A stretch of 60,854 nucleotides of DNA from Fidelibacterota bacterium (GTDB lineage Bacteria > Fidelibacterota > Marinisomatia > Marinisomatales > TCS55). Of the stretch, positions 60,819-60,854 are shown in pieces. The stretch spans positions 1 through 60,854 of the forward strand of contig JBHHTW010000010.1 in NCBI GenBank assembly GCA_046861385.1, written 5' to 3'. The notes below the pieces were generated by a model. That model had not been told where the DNA came from and did not search any database. It saw only the letters and a program-made list of their open reading frames with translations. Each line of letters opens with the position of its first letter. The stretch's first letter is position 1. Made by a program: the position numbers and the translations under genes.

Positions 60819-60854
60819 AGATATTTTTATCGGGGTGAAGTTTACAATCCCGTA

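Overview
AT-rich bacterial chromosomal window (lineage not determinable from sequence alone; the men genes look FCB-group-like) dominated by a ~42 kb anaerobic aromatic-catabolism supercluster. Left end: tetR-menG-menI-menF-menD' on the minus strand. Divergent from it (3.5-22.7 kb) is a gene set matching the anaerobic indole-3-acetate (iaa) pathway: HAD/crotonase fusion, hydantoinase A/B pair, acyl-CoA dehydrogenase lacking the usual catalytic Glu, thiolase, split B12 mutase with a remodelled pocket, family III CoA transferase and a three-subunit Mo hydroxylase. It has no IAA-CoA ligase but contains a fused IorAB indolepyruvate oxidoreductase and is flanked by trpB2 and a HisC-like aminotransferase, suggesting an indole/tryptophan-to-aminobenzoyl-CoA route. 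A MarR gene with a perfect 32-bp operator/promoter palindrome heads a class I benzoyl-CoA reductase cluster (bcrCBAD, had, oah, dch, SDR, thiolase, hcrCAB) with an embedded four-gene ligase/2-hydroxyacyl-CoA dehydratase/PanE-like reductase/activase module. The right part is biosynthetic: aroCKBQ and a his-argGH-proBA operon preceded by a leader peptide rich in exactly His, Arg and Pro codons plus a terminator (candidate multivalent attenuator). Also present: a hicAB pair, a dinD fragment, a RAYT flanked by REP palindromes and several families of small intergenic repeats. No rRNA, tRNA or CRISPR array was seen.
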